DNA of 64,000 bases from Carpediemonas membranifera BICM (Eukaryota > Protista > Fornicata): contig JAHDYR010000007.1 of assembly GCA_019828565.1 (NCBI GenBank), positions 605,333 to 669,332 on the forward strand. The letters are read 5' to 3'. A model generated the notes under the pieces. That model searched no databases. It was not told where the DNA came from and saw only the letters and a program-made list of their open reading frames with translations. The translations under genes and the position numbers were made by a program. This document shows, in pieces, positions 40,423 to 51,846 of this stretch. The stretch's first letter is position 1. Each line of letters opens with the position of its first letter.

Positions 40423-40779
40423 TCATCCTTCCTGACGGAGTTTCCCCAGCTGGCTGACAATGTCTGCAATGTTCTGAACGCTCGTAGACAGATCATGCAG
40501 CTCCTGCTCATGGAAATCAACCTGAGCGAGCCGATCGAGGTGTTCGTCGGTGATCACGAAGGGTCGGGCCTCGTCATGTGAAGCAAGCTCCTCGTTGATG
40601 TCGGGAAACGACACATTGAAACGTATCTGGTCAATAGCGAGGGCTGTTTGTGTTTCCCGCAGGCGGTTCATCTCCTTCATGATCTTTCGCGTGTTCATGC
40701 CGAAAGCCCTGCATTCACCGGAATTAAACTTTGTTTGGAGGTTCATAAGTGCTTGTTCTACCGTTTCGAAATCGCTCAT
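40423..40779 (-). CDS. CCDC28A/B-like coiled-coil protein
   Basis: VEQALMNLQTKFNSGECRAFG...MNRLRETQTALA resembles CCDC28 MExGLLxLLNDFHSGKLQAFG...MEHVRxMQEKLA. Confidence 0.65.
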   Translation of the reverse strand: MSDFETVEQALMNLQTKFNSGECRAFGMNTRKIMKEMNRLRETQTALAIDQIRFNVSFPDINEELASHDEARPFVITDEHLDRLAQVDFHEQELHDLSTSVQNIADIVSQLGKLRQEG

Positions 40780-40879
40780 TGTTACAGTGATCTTCTTAAG
40801 CTTATGGTTGCTTCCACCAAAAGTTTCGCCAGAATAGACCACCCTGCACAAAACACCCAAATCCGCTCAGCTTTAAAGC

Positions 40880-42433
40880 CTATTCATCGTCTTCCTCGCT
40901 ATATTCCTCCTCACTCTTCTCCTCGCGCTCTACCGCCTTCCGCTTCACCGGCATCTGCTCATCATCCTCGCTGTCGCTGCTGAAGCCAGCCAGAAGCTCA
41001 GCCATCCGGGACCGCCTCGCCTCGACGTCCTCCTCCGTCTCGTGCTTCTTCTTCTGGACCTGGACCTCCTTGGTCTCTCTGACGAGGATGCGGTCTCTGA
41101 GGCCCTTCACCCTCTTCTCAGACTGACGCTGAGCGAGCATGTCGTCCGTGAGCGGGTTGATCGCAGCCAGCGCGCCCTTGTATAGCCGCGTCTCGACGTA
41201 GAACCCGCCCATCGTCGGCTTGAGCATGTCCTCGGTAAGAACATCCTTGAGCCCCAGATTCGTCAGGTCCTTGGCCGTCACGAACGTCATGCCGTCGTAG
41301 CTCTGGTCCTTGTCCGCCGCCTTGTCCATCTCCTCGAGCGTGGCCTCCAGGGCGGGGCACCACTCAGGGACGGGGCCCAGGTCAGGGATGTAGTAGACGC
41401 CCATGTCCTCGCGGTCCATGGGCGTGAAGATCAGACCCGAGTCCGGGAAGATCTCGAACGAGTTGATCGTCGTGTCCGCGGGGATGATGGCTGCGTGCAC
41501 TTTAAGGTCATTCTCCAGCTTCCAGACGCGGACTTGGGTTTTGTCGCTGGAGACGACGCTCGTGAGGTCCCCGTTGGTCCTGTACCTAACCGTGTGGATG
41601 GGGAGGTCCCGTCTGTGGTCGGCCATGGCGAGGGGACCGTTCTTGGAGGCGCGGAGGTCGTACACGAGGACCTGGCCCTCGGAGGTGCCCACGGCGATCT
41701 CATTGCGTCCCTCGCGGACGGTGACCGAGGAACAGCCGATGATGCCGTGGTTTGCAGTGACCCCGCGGCGGAGGACGTCCTGTCCGACCTCCTTGGTGGC
41801 CACAACCTGGTTGAGGCGGGTGTCGACGCACGCTACAGTGCCGTCGTCCACTGCTGCGACGAGCAGTGGGAGATGGGTCGCGTGGGCAAGGCAATTGACG
41901 CCGTCGCCATCGAGGACGATCTCCGTGTCGAACTGACCGCGGTCCAGGTTCATCTTGTAGATGGAGTTCGCAGAGGAGCCGGCGTAGAGGCTGGCAGTGG
42001 GCTTGATCAGGTCAAGGCAACGTCCCTCCCGGGGGATACGCAGGCGATGCAGGCATTGCGTCTTGACGTGGAAGTCGATGTAGCGATCGCGGTAGAGGGT
42101 TACGATCTTGGACCAGTCGTCGCTCACGAGTCTGAAGTCGATGGTCTCGTAGTCAGTGATCTGGTAATGCTTCATCGTCATGTTGTACAGATCAAAGTAG
42201 CGGATCTGGGGCTTGTACATGCCTGTGCCGATCACAAACTGCTTATCGCCCGTGATTTGGATCTTACTGCATGATACAGGGAAGTTGAAGTCCTGAATGA
42301 GGTCGTTGTTTTCAGTAGGAGCAACGGCGGGCGCTTTCCCGCTCGTTTTCGTCGTCTGCTTCGTCCTTCCCTTCTTCTGGACAGCGAGATCGTATATACT
42401 CACGTTATTCCAGTGGATCTTGCGCGCCTGCAT
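40880..42433 (-). CDS. NOL10: Nucleolar protein 10 / Enp2 (WD40, SSU processome)
   Basis: LIQDFNFP, GTGMYKPQIR, SDDWSK, RLRIPREGR, YYIPDLGPVPEWCPALE. Confidence 0.92.
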   Translation of the reverse strand: MQARKIHWNNVSIYDLAVQKKGRTKQTTKTSGKAPAVAPTENNDLIQDFNFPVSCSKIQITGDKQFVIGTGMYKPQIRYFDLYNMTMKHYQITDYETIDFRLVSDDWSKIVTLYRDRYIDFHVKTQCLHRLRIPREGRCLDLIKPTASLYAGSSANSIYKMNLDRGQFDTEIVLDGDGVNCLAHATHLPLLVAAVDDGTVACVDTRLNQVVATKEVGQDVLRRGVTANHGIIGCSSVTVREGRNEIAVGTSEGQVLVYDLRASKNGPLAMADHRRDLPIHTVRYRTNGDLTSVVSSDKTQVRVWKLENDLKVHAAIIPADTTINSFEIFPDSGLIFTPMDREDMGVYYIPDLGPVPEWCPALEATLEEMDKAADKDQSYDGMTFVTAKDLTNLGLKDVLTEDMLKPTMGGFYVETRLYKGALAAINPLTDDMLAQRQSEKRVKGLRDRILVRETKEVQVQKKKHETEEDVEARRSRMAELLAGFSSDSEDDEQMPVKRKAVEREEKSEEEYSEEDDE

Positions 42434-42600
42434 CGTTTAGCCCAATAGCGATCCTCAACCTTTCGTCGCAACACCGCCCACAGTCGACTGAGTCATCCGC
42501 CCAAACAGGCTATGTAGACGCACTATGACAGGGCAGTGGACCGCCAGCACATTCCCACAGCAACCGCGCGAATTTAAGTCTGGCTTCAATAAAAAACGAC

Positions 42601-45379
42601 CTACTCCTTGGCCCTCTTGGTGACAGTGAAGCTGTCCGATGTCACATGGCCCCCGGACCTCTGACGCTCTCTGAGCTTCCGCTTGAGGCTCACAGGCCCT
42701 TTGAGACCTATGGTCATCGAGGTCGACGGCGGTGCGAGCTTCTGAATGGCAATGGACTTGGCGCGACCCGTCATCGCAGACAGCGGCGCCTGGGTCCTTT
42801 TGAGTAAATCAAACGGCGCTGGGTCAGGTGCCCTCACGTTGCCCCACCGGTCGACCGGCTTGGACAGCTTGTTGGCCGCGAGCTGCAGCATGTTGGCGCC
42901 TCTGCTGTTGCGGTAACAGCGACGGAGCTCACTGATGGGTTTCGGACCGAACTCGATGGGCTTGTACTCGAACGCGACTGTGCTATCGACGAAGTACGGC
43001 TGCACGCGTCCCCCGCCGACCTCGCGGTGCAAGGTCCCTGGGAAGATCGCGTAAGCGTCGTCCAGGGCCATCGGGTAGATGTAGTTCGCCATCATCTCGC
43101 CGCTGGACGTGTCGATGAACTCCCGCGGCACGGTGAGGCGGCGCATGTACCCGTGGAGGCTGGGGGGGCGATCAGGGTCCAGCGGGCCCCACTCGGCCGG
43201 TATGTCGAGGGCCGTCTGCCGCATGAGGACGATGGGGATGCCGCGGACGTTGCGGGCGGCCTCCTCAGGGGTGAGCGTGGCTCTGAGCTGAGCTTCCTTC
43301 GCCTTGAGCGCCTCCCTCTCGATAAACGGCAGCAGCGCCAGTGCCTGCCACTCGAAACGCGCTCCGTTCCTGTCGAGGGTGAAGTTGTTGGGGTAGAACT
43401 GCCGCAGGACACCCGTGGCGTCGACCATGGCGCCGTAGTACTGCCCGGGGAGGGTGTTCCTCGCCGTGTACGGCGGCAGCACGCTCAGCAGCTGCTCGAA
43501 CGGCAGGGGCGCGTTCTCCGAGTCGCCCGCCTCCTCAGGGAACAACAGGGCGTTCGTCCCGTCCTCGTTGCACCACAGCTTCCGTTCTGTGATGAGGTCC
43601 AGGTCCGACATGAGGGGGGCGTAGTGGTAGGGGAAGAACCACTCCCACGACGCCACGCGACGGTGGTAGTAGGAGAACACCCACTGCAACCCCCTGGCGT
43701 ATTCCCGTAAAAGGTTGTCCCGGTAGGATTCGAACTCGGGACTACGGGTGTTCCAGCCAAACTTGGCCTGGTAGTAGCGGACCTGCCAGTCCTTCGTGCC
43801 GTACCGCACTGGCTCGTCGACGTAGTGGTTGGCGTACAGGTCGTCCGGGGCGTCTACGTCCACCGTGCATGGGTAGACGGGCTCGCCGTTCGGCTGCAGC
43901 TCGATCTCGGCCCCGAGGTTCCGGGTCTTGCCCGCGAGAGCGTCGTACAACGCCTTATTCGCTTGCTTCTCGCCCTCTGGGGTGATACCGAGCTCCTTGA
44001 GTTTCCGCACTTTAGGGTCCTGCCCCGCCTGCTTGGCCTCGAACCCCCGCCCCTGCTTGTAACCCGTGACAATCTTCTTGACGTGCTCCTCCTCGACAAG
44101 TGTGAGGCCCTTGAGCATCCCCGCCATCTTGTCGAATCTGATTTGACCGTTCGCGGTGATATACGGATCAGTGCCGATGGCGTCCTGGAGGTAAGCAGAG
44201 TATAGGTTGACCAGCGTGCCCACAGCCCCGCTACGGATGTCCAGGCCTGGGATGTGGGGCAGGAAATCATTACCCGACATGAAGCAAAGGAGCACGAAGT
44301 CGTCGAGGATTCGCTCAAAGTCGAAGCCTGGGCGATCGCCGTTGTCCAGGAGCTTGCCGAACTCCTTCTCGAGGTACTGCCGGAAGACCCACACGTGCAT
44401 GAACTGGAAGGCCTGTGTGAAGCAGAGACGCTGCTTCGCCCCGGAGGACGGCGGGTTGAAGTCGCAGCTGCCGTCAGTGTGGCCCATGCGACCGCACCGA
44501 CCGCATTTGTGGCGTCCGCGGTCGAACACGACCTCTCGGATGATCGAGAAGTTCGGCTCATGCGAGGCAAGCGAGAGGAAGATGAGATCGGCGTCCATGC
44601 CGTAGATGCAGTGCCTCTGCACCGCGGGGGAGTCAGTCTGGCTCCTCTGCCGGCGTATGTGCTCGAATATCTTATGCTCTCCCTCACCAGGCACGGAAGC
44701 GTCCGACAAGATCACAGTTACGCCCCGCCACTGTTCGGACGTCGACAGCTTATACCTGATGTAGATCTCAAGGGCCTGGCTCAGATTACACAGGAACTCC
44801 GTGCCTGGAGTGATCACGTTGGAGTCGCGGCTGGACTTTTTGCTCCACTCCTCCGGCAGGTCGATGCCTCGGGCGGTGCAGGCCTCCTGGACCTTCAGCT
44901 TCATGCGCTTGTTTTGCTGTGACTCCTGGGCTGCTACGAACCGCCTGGCCCGCTGCTGGTTCATCTTGGCCCGGGGAGCAGGGCCGTCTACCGCCATGTA
45001 GACCAGTTTGCGGGGCTTGACGATGCCGAATAGACGGTCAACGTAGAGAAAGACTTCCTGGAACACCTCGGCGTCAGTCTTGGGGGCAAGCTCCTTGAAT
45101 TCATTCTCGGGGTGGAAGCATGGATGAATGAGCCCGTTCATGTCGAGGTAGAGGGCGTCATAGTGCTCGGGGCGGCCGTTACGCTCGGGGAGGTTCTTCT
45201 GTTGGTCCCATATTCGAGGATCGCTGTCAAATGGGCGCGTCCAGGATGTCGCTCCGGGCGCCATGATGTGCTGGTCTTCTACAGCATCTTCAACGCAAGC
45301 TGGGTATCTATCCAGCAGCCATCTGCGTAAAGGTGTCTAAATGAGCTGAAACGTACTTGAAGAATGCGGGAACGCCCAT
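42601..45379 (-). CDS. XRN2: 5'-3' exoribonuclease XRN2/Rat1 (two exons)
   Basis: Spliced start MGVPAFFKWL; LYLDMNGLIHPC, AKMNQQRARRF, PGEGEHKI, GNDFLPH, CCHC knuckle typical of XRN2; intron 45323-45356. Confidence 0.93.
45323..45356 (-). other. 34-nt spliceosomal intron in XRN2
   Basis: GTACGT...TTTACGCAG; removal restores MGVPAFFKWLLDRYP in frame with the main ORF. Confidence 0.92.
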
Positions 45380-45625
45380 TAGAGAGCGTGAATCAGCAGG
45401 TGGGCGGCGTTGAGTCGCCTGAGTCGAGCATGATAAGGAGCCAGCACTGGAACGGCCCTGGATGAACGACGATCATGCCTGCCTGCCCAACCACGCATGC
45501 TATAGCCAGTACCAGGGCTCATTTTAGTGTAGCGATACTCTACCTTCCATTCAACAGAACAAAGCCCATACGCTTTAAGAAACGACAATCGAATCGTCGC
45601 GCCACATATTACCCTCACCGGCCGC

Positions 45626-46234
45626 TCATGTTCTCATCTCGATCCACCTGTACTCACCGTACTCCTGGTAGTCCGCCTGCATGTGCCACTCGCTCATGCT
45701 GAACCTCACAGCCGTCGGGCTGAGCTGGAAGCCCTCGCACGTGAGGATAGCGCTGTCGTTAATGATCTTAGCGGCTATGTAGTCCGGTATGTGGATGTCT
45801 GAGTGCATAACATGGACGAAGCGGTGTACCAGCGAGTTGAGCACCTTCTCGGAGGGAATAACAGCGACTGGGGTCGATTCGTCGCCAAGCTTCAAGCGGT
45901 ATGTGTGGTCTGTCCGCACGTGTAGGAGCTGGGCGATATCGACGTACTCGCCGCGGGCTAGGGCGAAGTCAAGCGGGTGCCAGCACATTGAAGCAAGGGA
46001 AACGAGCTCCCGGATCTCAAGAATAGTATGGTCTGTATGCCGCTCAATCAAGTCGACGATCCCGATGTGCTGCTTTTCAGCTACTATGAAGGCAACAGCA
46101 GAATCGACAGAAACAGTCGCGCCATCGATACACACAAAGCGCTCGCGAATAAATGACTCATTTGGGTTTGCTGATGGAACAAAGCGACGAAACTCTGTCT
46201 CCTTGAGCGGAACTGGCTTAATTGCGCAGTTCAT
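45626..46234 (-). CDS. Hypothetical protein (~202 aa)
   Basis: ATG-initiated, globular-looking ORF filling the XRN2-DRG2 gap; no motif recognised. Confidence 0.55.
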   Translation of the reverse strand: MNCAIKPVPLKETEFRRFVPSANPNESFIRERFVCIDGATVSVDSAVAFIVAEKQHIGIVDLIERHTDHTILEIRELVSLASMCWHPLDFALARGEYVDIAQLLHVRTDHTYRLKLGDESTPVAVIPSEKVLNSLVHRFVHVMHSDIHIPDYIAAKIINDSAILTCEGFQLSPTAVRFSMSEWHMQADYQEYGEYRWIEMRT

Positions 46235-46351
46235 TTCTTGTCGATGTCGTCGTGTCGGCAAAACTGCTCCAGCCCATCTCTCGGCCGCTGAGCTCCACCC
46301 ATCCCAACCCGCATACAACCGTCCCTAACCGGCAATTTACAATAAACCCCA

Positions 46352-47455
46352 CTAGCTCCTGGTCATCACTTGAACCACGTCCTCGTCGGCCAACAGGTGG
46401 TCCCGCCCAACCTTCTGCGGCTGGTGCTTCACACTGCAGCCCCACACATACGCATAGTTGAACACGTCCATCATATCCTTGTGAATCCCCTGGCAAATGT
46501 TCGTCGTTGTTGCACCCGAACGAAGAATGACCGGCTCGTCAAGATCAGGCTGCTGTCCCCTGGGCTTGGTGTATACGCGGACCAGGCCTAGGTTGCGCCA
46601 TATGAGGGCAAGGAGATACTGAAGGTTCATCTTGTTCGTGACGGACGTGCAGATCGAGAACGGCTGGCGCGAGAAGTAATCCACGGCGTCGATGCTGACG
46701 TTATCAATCTTATTGTACACGTAAACGCACGGCATGTAAACCCGGTTGCCCTCGAGCACGTCAATCAGCTGATCAACGGTCGCATCCTCTCTGAACAGCA
46801 CGTGTGCGTGGTGGCACTTGTGCTCATGGCTCAGGATGTTCTTCACCATGTGCTCAGTGACGTGGGTGAGCGGCACAGTGCTCGTGAACTTGATCCCGCC
46901 AGTCTTCTTGATGTCGATCGTGATGTCCGGGGGCCTCGTGTTGAGACGAATGCCCATGGTCTCCAGCTCGTGGGTGAGGAGGCGGCGCTGGGTGTCACCC
47001 TTCGCGGCGTCCATGACCATGAGGACGAGGTCGGCGGTGCGGGCGGTGGAAATGACCTGACGGCCACGGCCCTTGCCCACGGCGGCGCCCTCGATGATAC
47101 CGGGGAGATCAAGGAGCTGGATCTTGGCCCCATTGATGTACAGGTTGCCGGGAACAGCTGTCAGGGTGGTGAACTCGTAGGCGGCGGCCTCGGACTCCGT
47201 CTCCGTGAGGGTGTTGAGGAGCGAACTCTTGCCAACGGACGGGAAACCTACAAGAGCAACCCTAGCACTGCCACTTTTCATCACATCGAAGGACAGGCCG
47301 TAGCCCTTGGTCTTTTGGGAGCTTTCGTCAAGCAACTGGGTCCTCAAGCGAGCTAGCTTGCCCTTGAGGAGGCCAATGTGATACTCTGTGGCTTTGTTGT
47401 ACTGAGTACGGGCTATTTCAGCCTCAATGTCCTTGATTTTCTCTGCCACGCCCAT
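46352..47455 (-). CDS. DRG2: Developmentally regulated GTP-binding protein 2 (Rbg2)
   Basis: EIARTQYNKATEYHIGLLK, GFPSVGKS, YEFTTLT, DLPGIIEGA, C-terminal TGS domain. Confidence 0.95.
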   Translation of the reverse strand: MGVAEKIKDIEAEIARTQYNKATEYHIGLLKGKLARLRTQLLDESSQKTKGYGLSFDVMKSGSARVALVGFPSVGKSSLLNTLTETESEAAAYEFTTLTAVPGNLYINGAKIQLLDLPGIIEGAAVGKGRGRQVISTARTADLVLMVMDAAKGDTQRRLLTHELETMGIRLNTRPPDITIDIKKTGGIKFTSTVPLTHVTEHMVKNILSHEHKCHHAHVLFREDATVDQLIDVLEGNRVYMPCVYVYNKIDNVSIDAVDYFSRQPFSICTSVTNKMNLQYLLALIWRNLGLVRVYTKPRGQQPDLDEPVILRSGATTTNICQGIHKDMMDVFNYAYVWGCSVKHQPQKVGRDHLLADEDVVQVMTRS

Positions 47456-47584
47456 CTGTTGCAAAGAGTTATATTTCCGATTTACTGTACCATAAGTGGA
47501 CCCGTTGCAGGCTCAGAGTCCATATCGCACATATTCGCAGTTGCCTGGTCTGTTCACACTGCCAGGCCAGTCACCTCGGCTTTA

Positions 47585-48229
47585 TTAGACGTCCGTGCCG
47601 AAATACCTGTCGCCGAAGTCGCCGATACCAGGGCAGATGTACTTGCGCTCGTCGAGCCCGTCATCGATCTCGCCAGTGACGACGCGGATCTTAGGGAAAG
47701 CGCTGCAGAAGGCGCCGATGCCCTCTGGGCACGAGATGAGGTTGACGAAGATGATGTGCTCTTCCTTCACGCCGTGGTCGAGCAGGACCTTTACCGCCGC
47801 CATGGCGGACCCGCCGGTGGCGAGCATGGGGTCGAGGAGCAGACAGTGCCGGTTGGCGACATCCTTGGGAAGCTTCTCGTAGATCAGGACGGGAAGGGCG
47901 GTCTCCTCGTCGCGCTGGATGAGGATCTTGCCGATGCGGACATCCTGGATGATGTTTGACAGGGCCTTCTCCATCGACTCGCCGGCACGAACGATCGGCA
48001 CGCCGCAAATGTCGCAGACGAACTCTGCTCCGACGTATGGAAGGCCGAGCGGCGTGGTGATAGTCTTCTCGCGGAAGGGAAGCTTCGCTAGCGCCGCCTC
48101 AACGAGCATAGTGATCACACGATTACTATCGAAGATGAACTTGCGTCTACTGGTCTCACTGCTTCTGATGGAGGCGAAAAGGGCACGAACCTGCCCATTG
48201 GACGGGAGGACCTCGACGTTGGGATGCAT
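47585..48229 (-). CDS. UPRT: Uracil phosphoribosyltransferase
   Basis: IVRAGESME, IGKILIQRDEET, LLLDPMLATGGS, PGIGDFGDRYFGT. Confidence 0.96.
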   Translation of the reverse strand: MHPNVEVLPSNGQVRALFASIRSSETSRRKFIFDSNRVITMLVEAALAKLPFREKTITTPLGLPYVGAEFVCDICGVPIVRAGESMEKALSNIIQDVRIGKILIQRDEETALPVLIYEKLPKDVANRHCLLLDPMLATGGSAMAAVKVLLDHGVKEEHIIFVNLISCPEGIGAFCSAFPKIRVVTGEIDDGLDERKYICPGIGDFGDRYFGTDV

Positions 48230-48408
48230 CTGCAGATTAATTTCGAATTTTAGGAGATACGGCGAGGATCTCAGCAGTTTAAGCTCAGAATGACGCGCGC
48301 CCTCATCATCCGCCTCCCACCTTGAGCGTCAGAAAGTGAGTAACCCAAACACCGCACTCCAGGTTGACCTCACAATTGGGAAGACGAGCTTAAGCCAGTT
48401 TAACCAGT

Positions 48409-50136
48409 TCACTGGAAACTCCCTCTGACAACGCTGTGCACAGTTTCCTCGAGGTCAGCCACATACTCCTCCACGGAAGGCACGTCCACCAGCCCATCCG
48501 ACGTTAAACTGCACGTTCGAGTCACATCGAGTCCAGCCAAAAACTTCCGATCGTGTGAAACGATGATCACTGTGCCTTCAAATGCGTTGGCAGAGGCCAT
48601 AACCTCTGTGACGGCCTCTGTGTCCAGGTGGTTCGAAGGCTCGTCCAGCACGAGGACGTTTACCCTCCTCATCGACAACAGTGCCAGAATCAGCCTGGCC
48701 CTGGCCCCAGGGTTCATCTGGGCGATCGGCGCGTCCATCTGGTGCAGTGTGAGGCCGTAGCTCAAAGCCCGGCTGCCGCCTTCGAGCCTGCCCAGCCCCG
48801 TCACCGCGCAGATATGGTCTCGGGGCGACAAGTTCCTCGGCAGCGTCTGGTGCTCCTGCATGAGGTTCCCGAGCCGCAACTCGCGGCCGACTGAGACAGA
48901 CCCTGCGAGAGGGGGGATGGCGCCGACCATGGTCTTGAGAAGGGTGCTCTTCCCGACCCCGTTGAACCCGATGATCGCAATACGTTCGCCGTAGTTGATC
49001 CGGGCCGAGATCTTTGGAAGTGGAAGTTTGATTTCCTCTTCCGTATCTGGATTGAATCCAATCTCGATATTATCCAAGATTATCGTCGAATCAAATCCGC
49101 TGCTTTTGATTGGCCTCAGGTTCAGCTTCAGGGGCACATGGTCGACAACGGCCTCAACCTTCTCCTCGGAATCTCTCAAAACCTGGATCGCCGAAGCTTT
49201 CTTGAACGATCGACCAGATCTTTCCCGTTTGAAGTCACGCAGGAGTGTGTCATGGTCTGTGCCCTCGTATCGCGTGCCGGCTGCGGCCTTGTGCTTGAGA
49301 TTGTCAGCGACGGCTGTGAGTCGAGCGTGTCTCTTCTGCTGCGCATTAAAAGCAGCACGCTGGTGCTCTTTCGCGAGCTCCTTGGCCGCCATGTAGTCTG
49401 AATAAGCCGCACCCGACACCGCGAGGCCCTTGGTGAGGCAATCGATCTCCCACACTCTGTTGCAGACAGCGTCGAGGAAAGCAGTGTCGTGCGAGACGAT
49501 GATGCAGGTCTTGCCGCAGGATAGCACGGTCTCTTGGAGCCATAGGATGCTGGGCAGGTCAAGGTGGTTTGTTGGTTCGTCCAGTAGTACGAGATCAATG
49601 CTCGGGCGACGCAGCGCGAGGGCTAGGAAGGCGCGGTGGGCGCAGCCGGGGGAGAGCTGGTTGATGGGTGTCTCGGCGTAGTTCGCTATGTCCCAGCTAA
49701 GCGCCTTGCCCGCGCGAACGTTCAGCTCTCGCCACGCCTCCTCCTCTTCGACCGCAGTGCCGCTCCCGTCGTCCATGGCCACCACCGTGTCAAGGAGCTC
49801 CTGCACAGACATCTCTAGCAGCTCTTTCTCATCGTCCGCGATGTCTGGGAAGAGTGCGCTCCAGGCCAGGGTGTCTTGAGGTACGTGGACAACGGCATCG
49901 CCCGCAGGATGGCTCGTCAGACGGCCGCTGATCTTTCCTGATGTTAATGTCCAATATGGGGCTGTTTCTGCGTTGTCATTCGAACAGGACTGGCGTATGA
50001 TGTCCATCATCGTGCTTTTCCCAGAAGAATTTGGCCCTACGAGGCCTACACGCTCACCTTCGGTCAGAATGAAAGAGGCCGAATCAAGCAAGGTGCTGGA
50101 AGCAACACTAATGGAGACTGAAGCAAACCGAAGCAT
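48409..50136 (-). CDS. ABC-F family ATPase (two NBDs, no TM), bacterial-like
   Basis: GPNSSGKST / GFNGVGKST Walker A; LLDEPTNHLD / VLDEPSNHLD; VSHD x2; helical linker between the NBDs. Confidence 0.92.
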   Translation of the reverse strand: MLRFASVSISVASSTLLDSASFILTEGERVGLVGPNSSGKSTMMDIIRQSCSNDNAETAPYWTLTSGKISGRLTSHPAGDAVVHVPQDTLAWSALFPDIADDEKELLEMSVQELLDTVVAMDDGSGTAVEEEEAWRELNVRAGKALSWDIANYAETPINQLSPGCAHRAFLALALRRPSIDLVLLDEPTNHLDLPSILWLQETVLSCGKTCIIVSHDTAFLDAVCNRVWEIDCLTKGLAVSGAAYSDYMAAKELAKEHQRAAFNAQQKRHARLTAVADNLKHKAAAGTRYEGTDHDTLLRDFKRERSGRSFKKASAIQVLRDSEEKVEAVVDHVPLKLNLRPIKSSGFDSTIILDNIEIGFNPDTEEEIKLPLPKISARINYGERIAIIGFNGVGKSTLLKTMVGAIPPLAGSVSVGRELRLGNLMQEHQTLPRNLSPRDHICAVTGLGRLEGGSRALSYGLTLHQMDAPIAQMNPGARARLILALLSMRRVNVLVLDEPSNHLDTEAVTEVMASANAFEGTVIIVSHDRKFLAGLDVTRTCSLTSDGLVDVPSVEEYVADLEETVHSVVRGSFQ

Positions 50137-50297
50137 TTCTGTCTGTGACTTGTGTGTGCGAGTTCGGATCTACTCGTCATGGGTACGACTTCGCGAGTCA
50201 CGTGTTGACCGTTCTTGAAACTATGTCATTCATTCTGTCGCTGTTACCCTAGTATCCGACCCAGATCAGCAAGTCCTTTATTGTTGCGCCAGTCTGG

Positions 50298-50714
50298 TCA
50301 CACAATGCCGTTGATGACGTCGAGGTGACTGAACGGGTCGAGGTCCTCCTCGGCCCCGAGACGCCCGCTGGCCCTGACATTGCTGTGAGGGAGCACCACG
50401 TCCTCTGAAAATCCTCCTTGTTCACGTACCGGAGCCCGGATTGGACGCTTCCCATGCTTGGCAAGCCAATTAAATGCGGCGTCGTCTGCTATCTTGGATG
50501 CGTTTGCGCTATTCTCGCCGAGAACTGGCTTCTCGTCATATCCAAAGGAAAATCGGTCCTTGCCCTCGTGAACGAACGCGGCATCATTTGCCTTCGGCAC
50601 ATTAAACGAATCTGTGCTTGTGTTATAGAAATAGAAGCTTCCAACAACGCCAGATTGATCCAAAAGATCCATTGCTTTCTGGGAGCTCTCCGGCGTCGGT
50701 TTTTTGATAATCAA
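50298..50714 (-). CDS. Hypothetical protein
   Basis: 138-aa ORF, start uncertain; no recognised motif. Confidence 0.4.
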   Translation of the reverse strand: MIIKKPTPESSQKAMDLLDQSGVVGSFYFYNTSTDSFNVPKANDAAFVHEGKDRFSFGYDEKPVLGENSANASKIADDAAFNWLAKHGKRPIRAPVREQGGFSEDVVLPHSNVRASGRLGAEEDLDPFSHLDVINGIV

Positions 50715-51051
50715 ATGATTAGCTTCATTCGGTGTGTTTACATAAGGCCTGCCAGTAGCTCTTGCTGTTGCCTTCGGTGAGCAAGGCGGCTGCGAGGTTA
50801 GTTAGGCAGTTGCTGCAGCGAGGGGTTCGCCGCTTGCCTTTTGATGAACTCCGAAGTTGCCCCGGGCTAGGCCCGCAGCGAGTTAGCTTCATTCGGCTGA
50901 AGTTCCAAGCCCAACAACACGGATGTTTACAATCAGCACCTCAACGGCAGAACTACTTCAACCCCAACGGCAGTGTGTCTCCGCCATGGCCACCGCACTT
51001 TAAGACACACGGCCGGCACATGAACCCAAATCCGGCATCAACAGTCCGATT

Positions 51052-51666
51052 TTATTCCTCCGAATCGTCACTAAACGAGTGCGCCGTCTCGAACGACTCA
51101 TTGCTTGCATCACTCTCCAATATCATCAAAGACTCCACAGCATCGTCAGTATGCCCATGCGGGCCTCCCGCGTCAATATCTGACCCCGACTGCGTGTGCT
51201 GGCCGAGGGGTGGGCCTGTAAACGCCATGGTCACTCCTGTGGGCGGCGGGGTGGGCGGGTTGGGGGGAGCTCGGTGGGGTGGGCACTCTAGGTCGCGCAT
51301 TTTGGCGATACTGCGCATACTCCTGGAGCAAGAGAGGCACACCAGCCCGCCTACGACAATTGTGGGGATGCACACACAGCCGCAGGAGATGATGAGGGCG
51401 CCTGCAGCAATGAATGCGATGATCACTTCAGAACGTTCATACCACGTCGTAGATGTGCTAGCTCCCTGCAACAGCGCCTCGTCGGCCTGAGCTAGGGAGA
51501 TTTTTGGGTGGTTATGGCCATCCATTTGAGGTGATGGAATCGACGCAAAGCGGCGGTGATTATCAACATGAGATAATATGAGATGTGTAGATTGTGCTTT
51601 CTGCGGCAGGTGTTCTGCAGAAGCGCCCATTGCACAAAGCAGCATGATCACCAACAGAGCTGACAT
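51052..51666 (-). CDS. Hypothetical type I membrane protein
   Basis: Signal peptide MSALLVIMLLCAMGASA, Cys-rich hydrophobic segment, Pro-rich/acidic tail. Confidence 0.6.
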   Translation of the reverse strand: MSALLVIMLLCAMGASAEHLPQKAQSTHLILSHVDNHRRFASIPSPQMDGHNHPKISLAQADEALLQGASTSTTWYERSEVIIAFIAAGALIISCGCVCIPTIVVGGLVCLSCSRSMRSIAKMRDLECPPHRAPPNPPTPPPTGVTMAFTGPPLGQHTQSGSDIDAGGPHGHTDDAVESLMILESDASNESFETAHSFSDDSEE

Positions 51667-51846
51667 CGAAAAGGCGCCATGCGAAAAACTATGGCGACAC
51701 GCTGGTTGAAAACAACCCCTGAACATCCATATCCAATCTCTGCGTGTTTCGCAGAGAAAACCCGACATTCAGTTGTTGGAAAGATAGTGCCGGTCGATCT
51801 GCGGGAAATCGAGTCAATCTCCAGCCCCCAAGATCTATTTAACACC

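Noticed and set aside
26130-50136. Bacterial contamination explaining galE and ABC-F
   Set aside because: Both are interleaved with intron-containing eukaryotic genes and have similar base composition.
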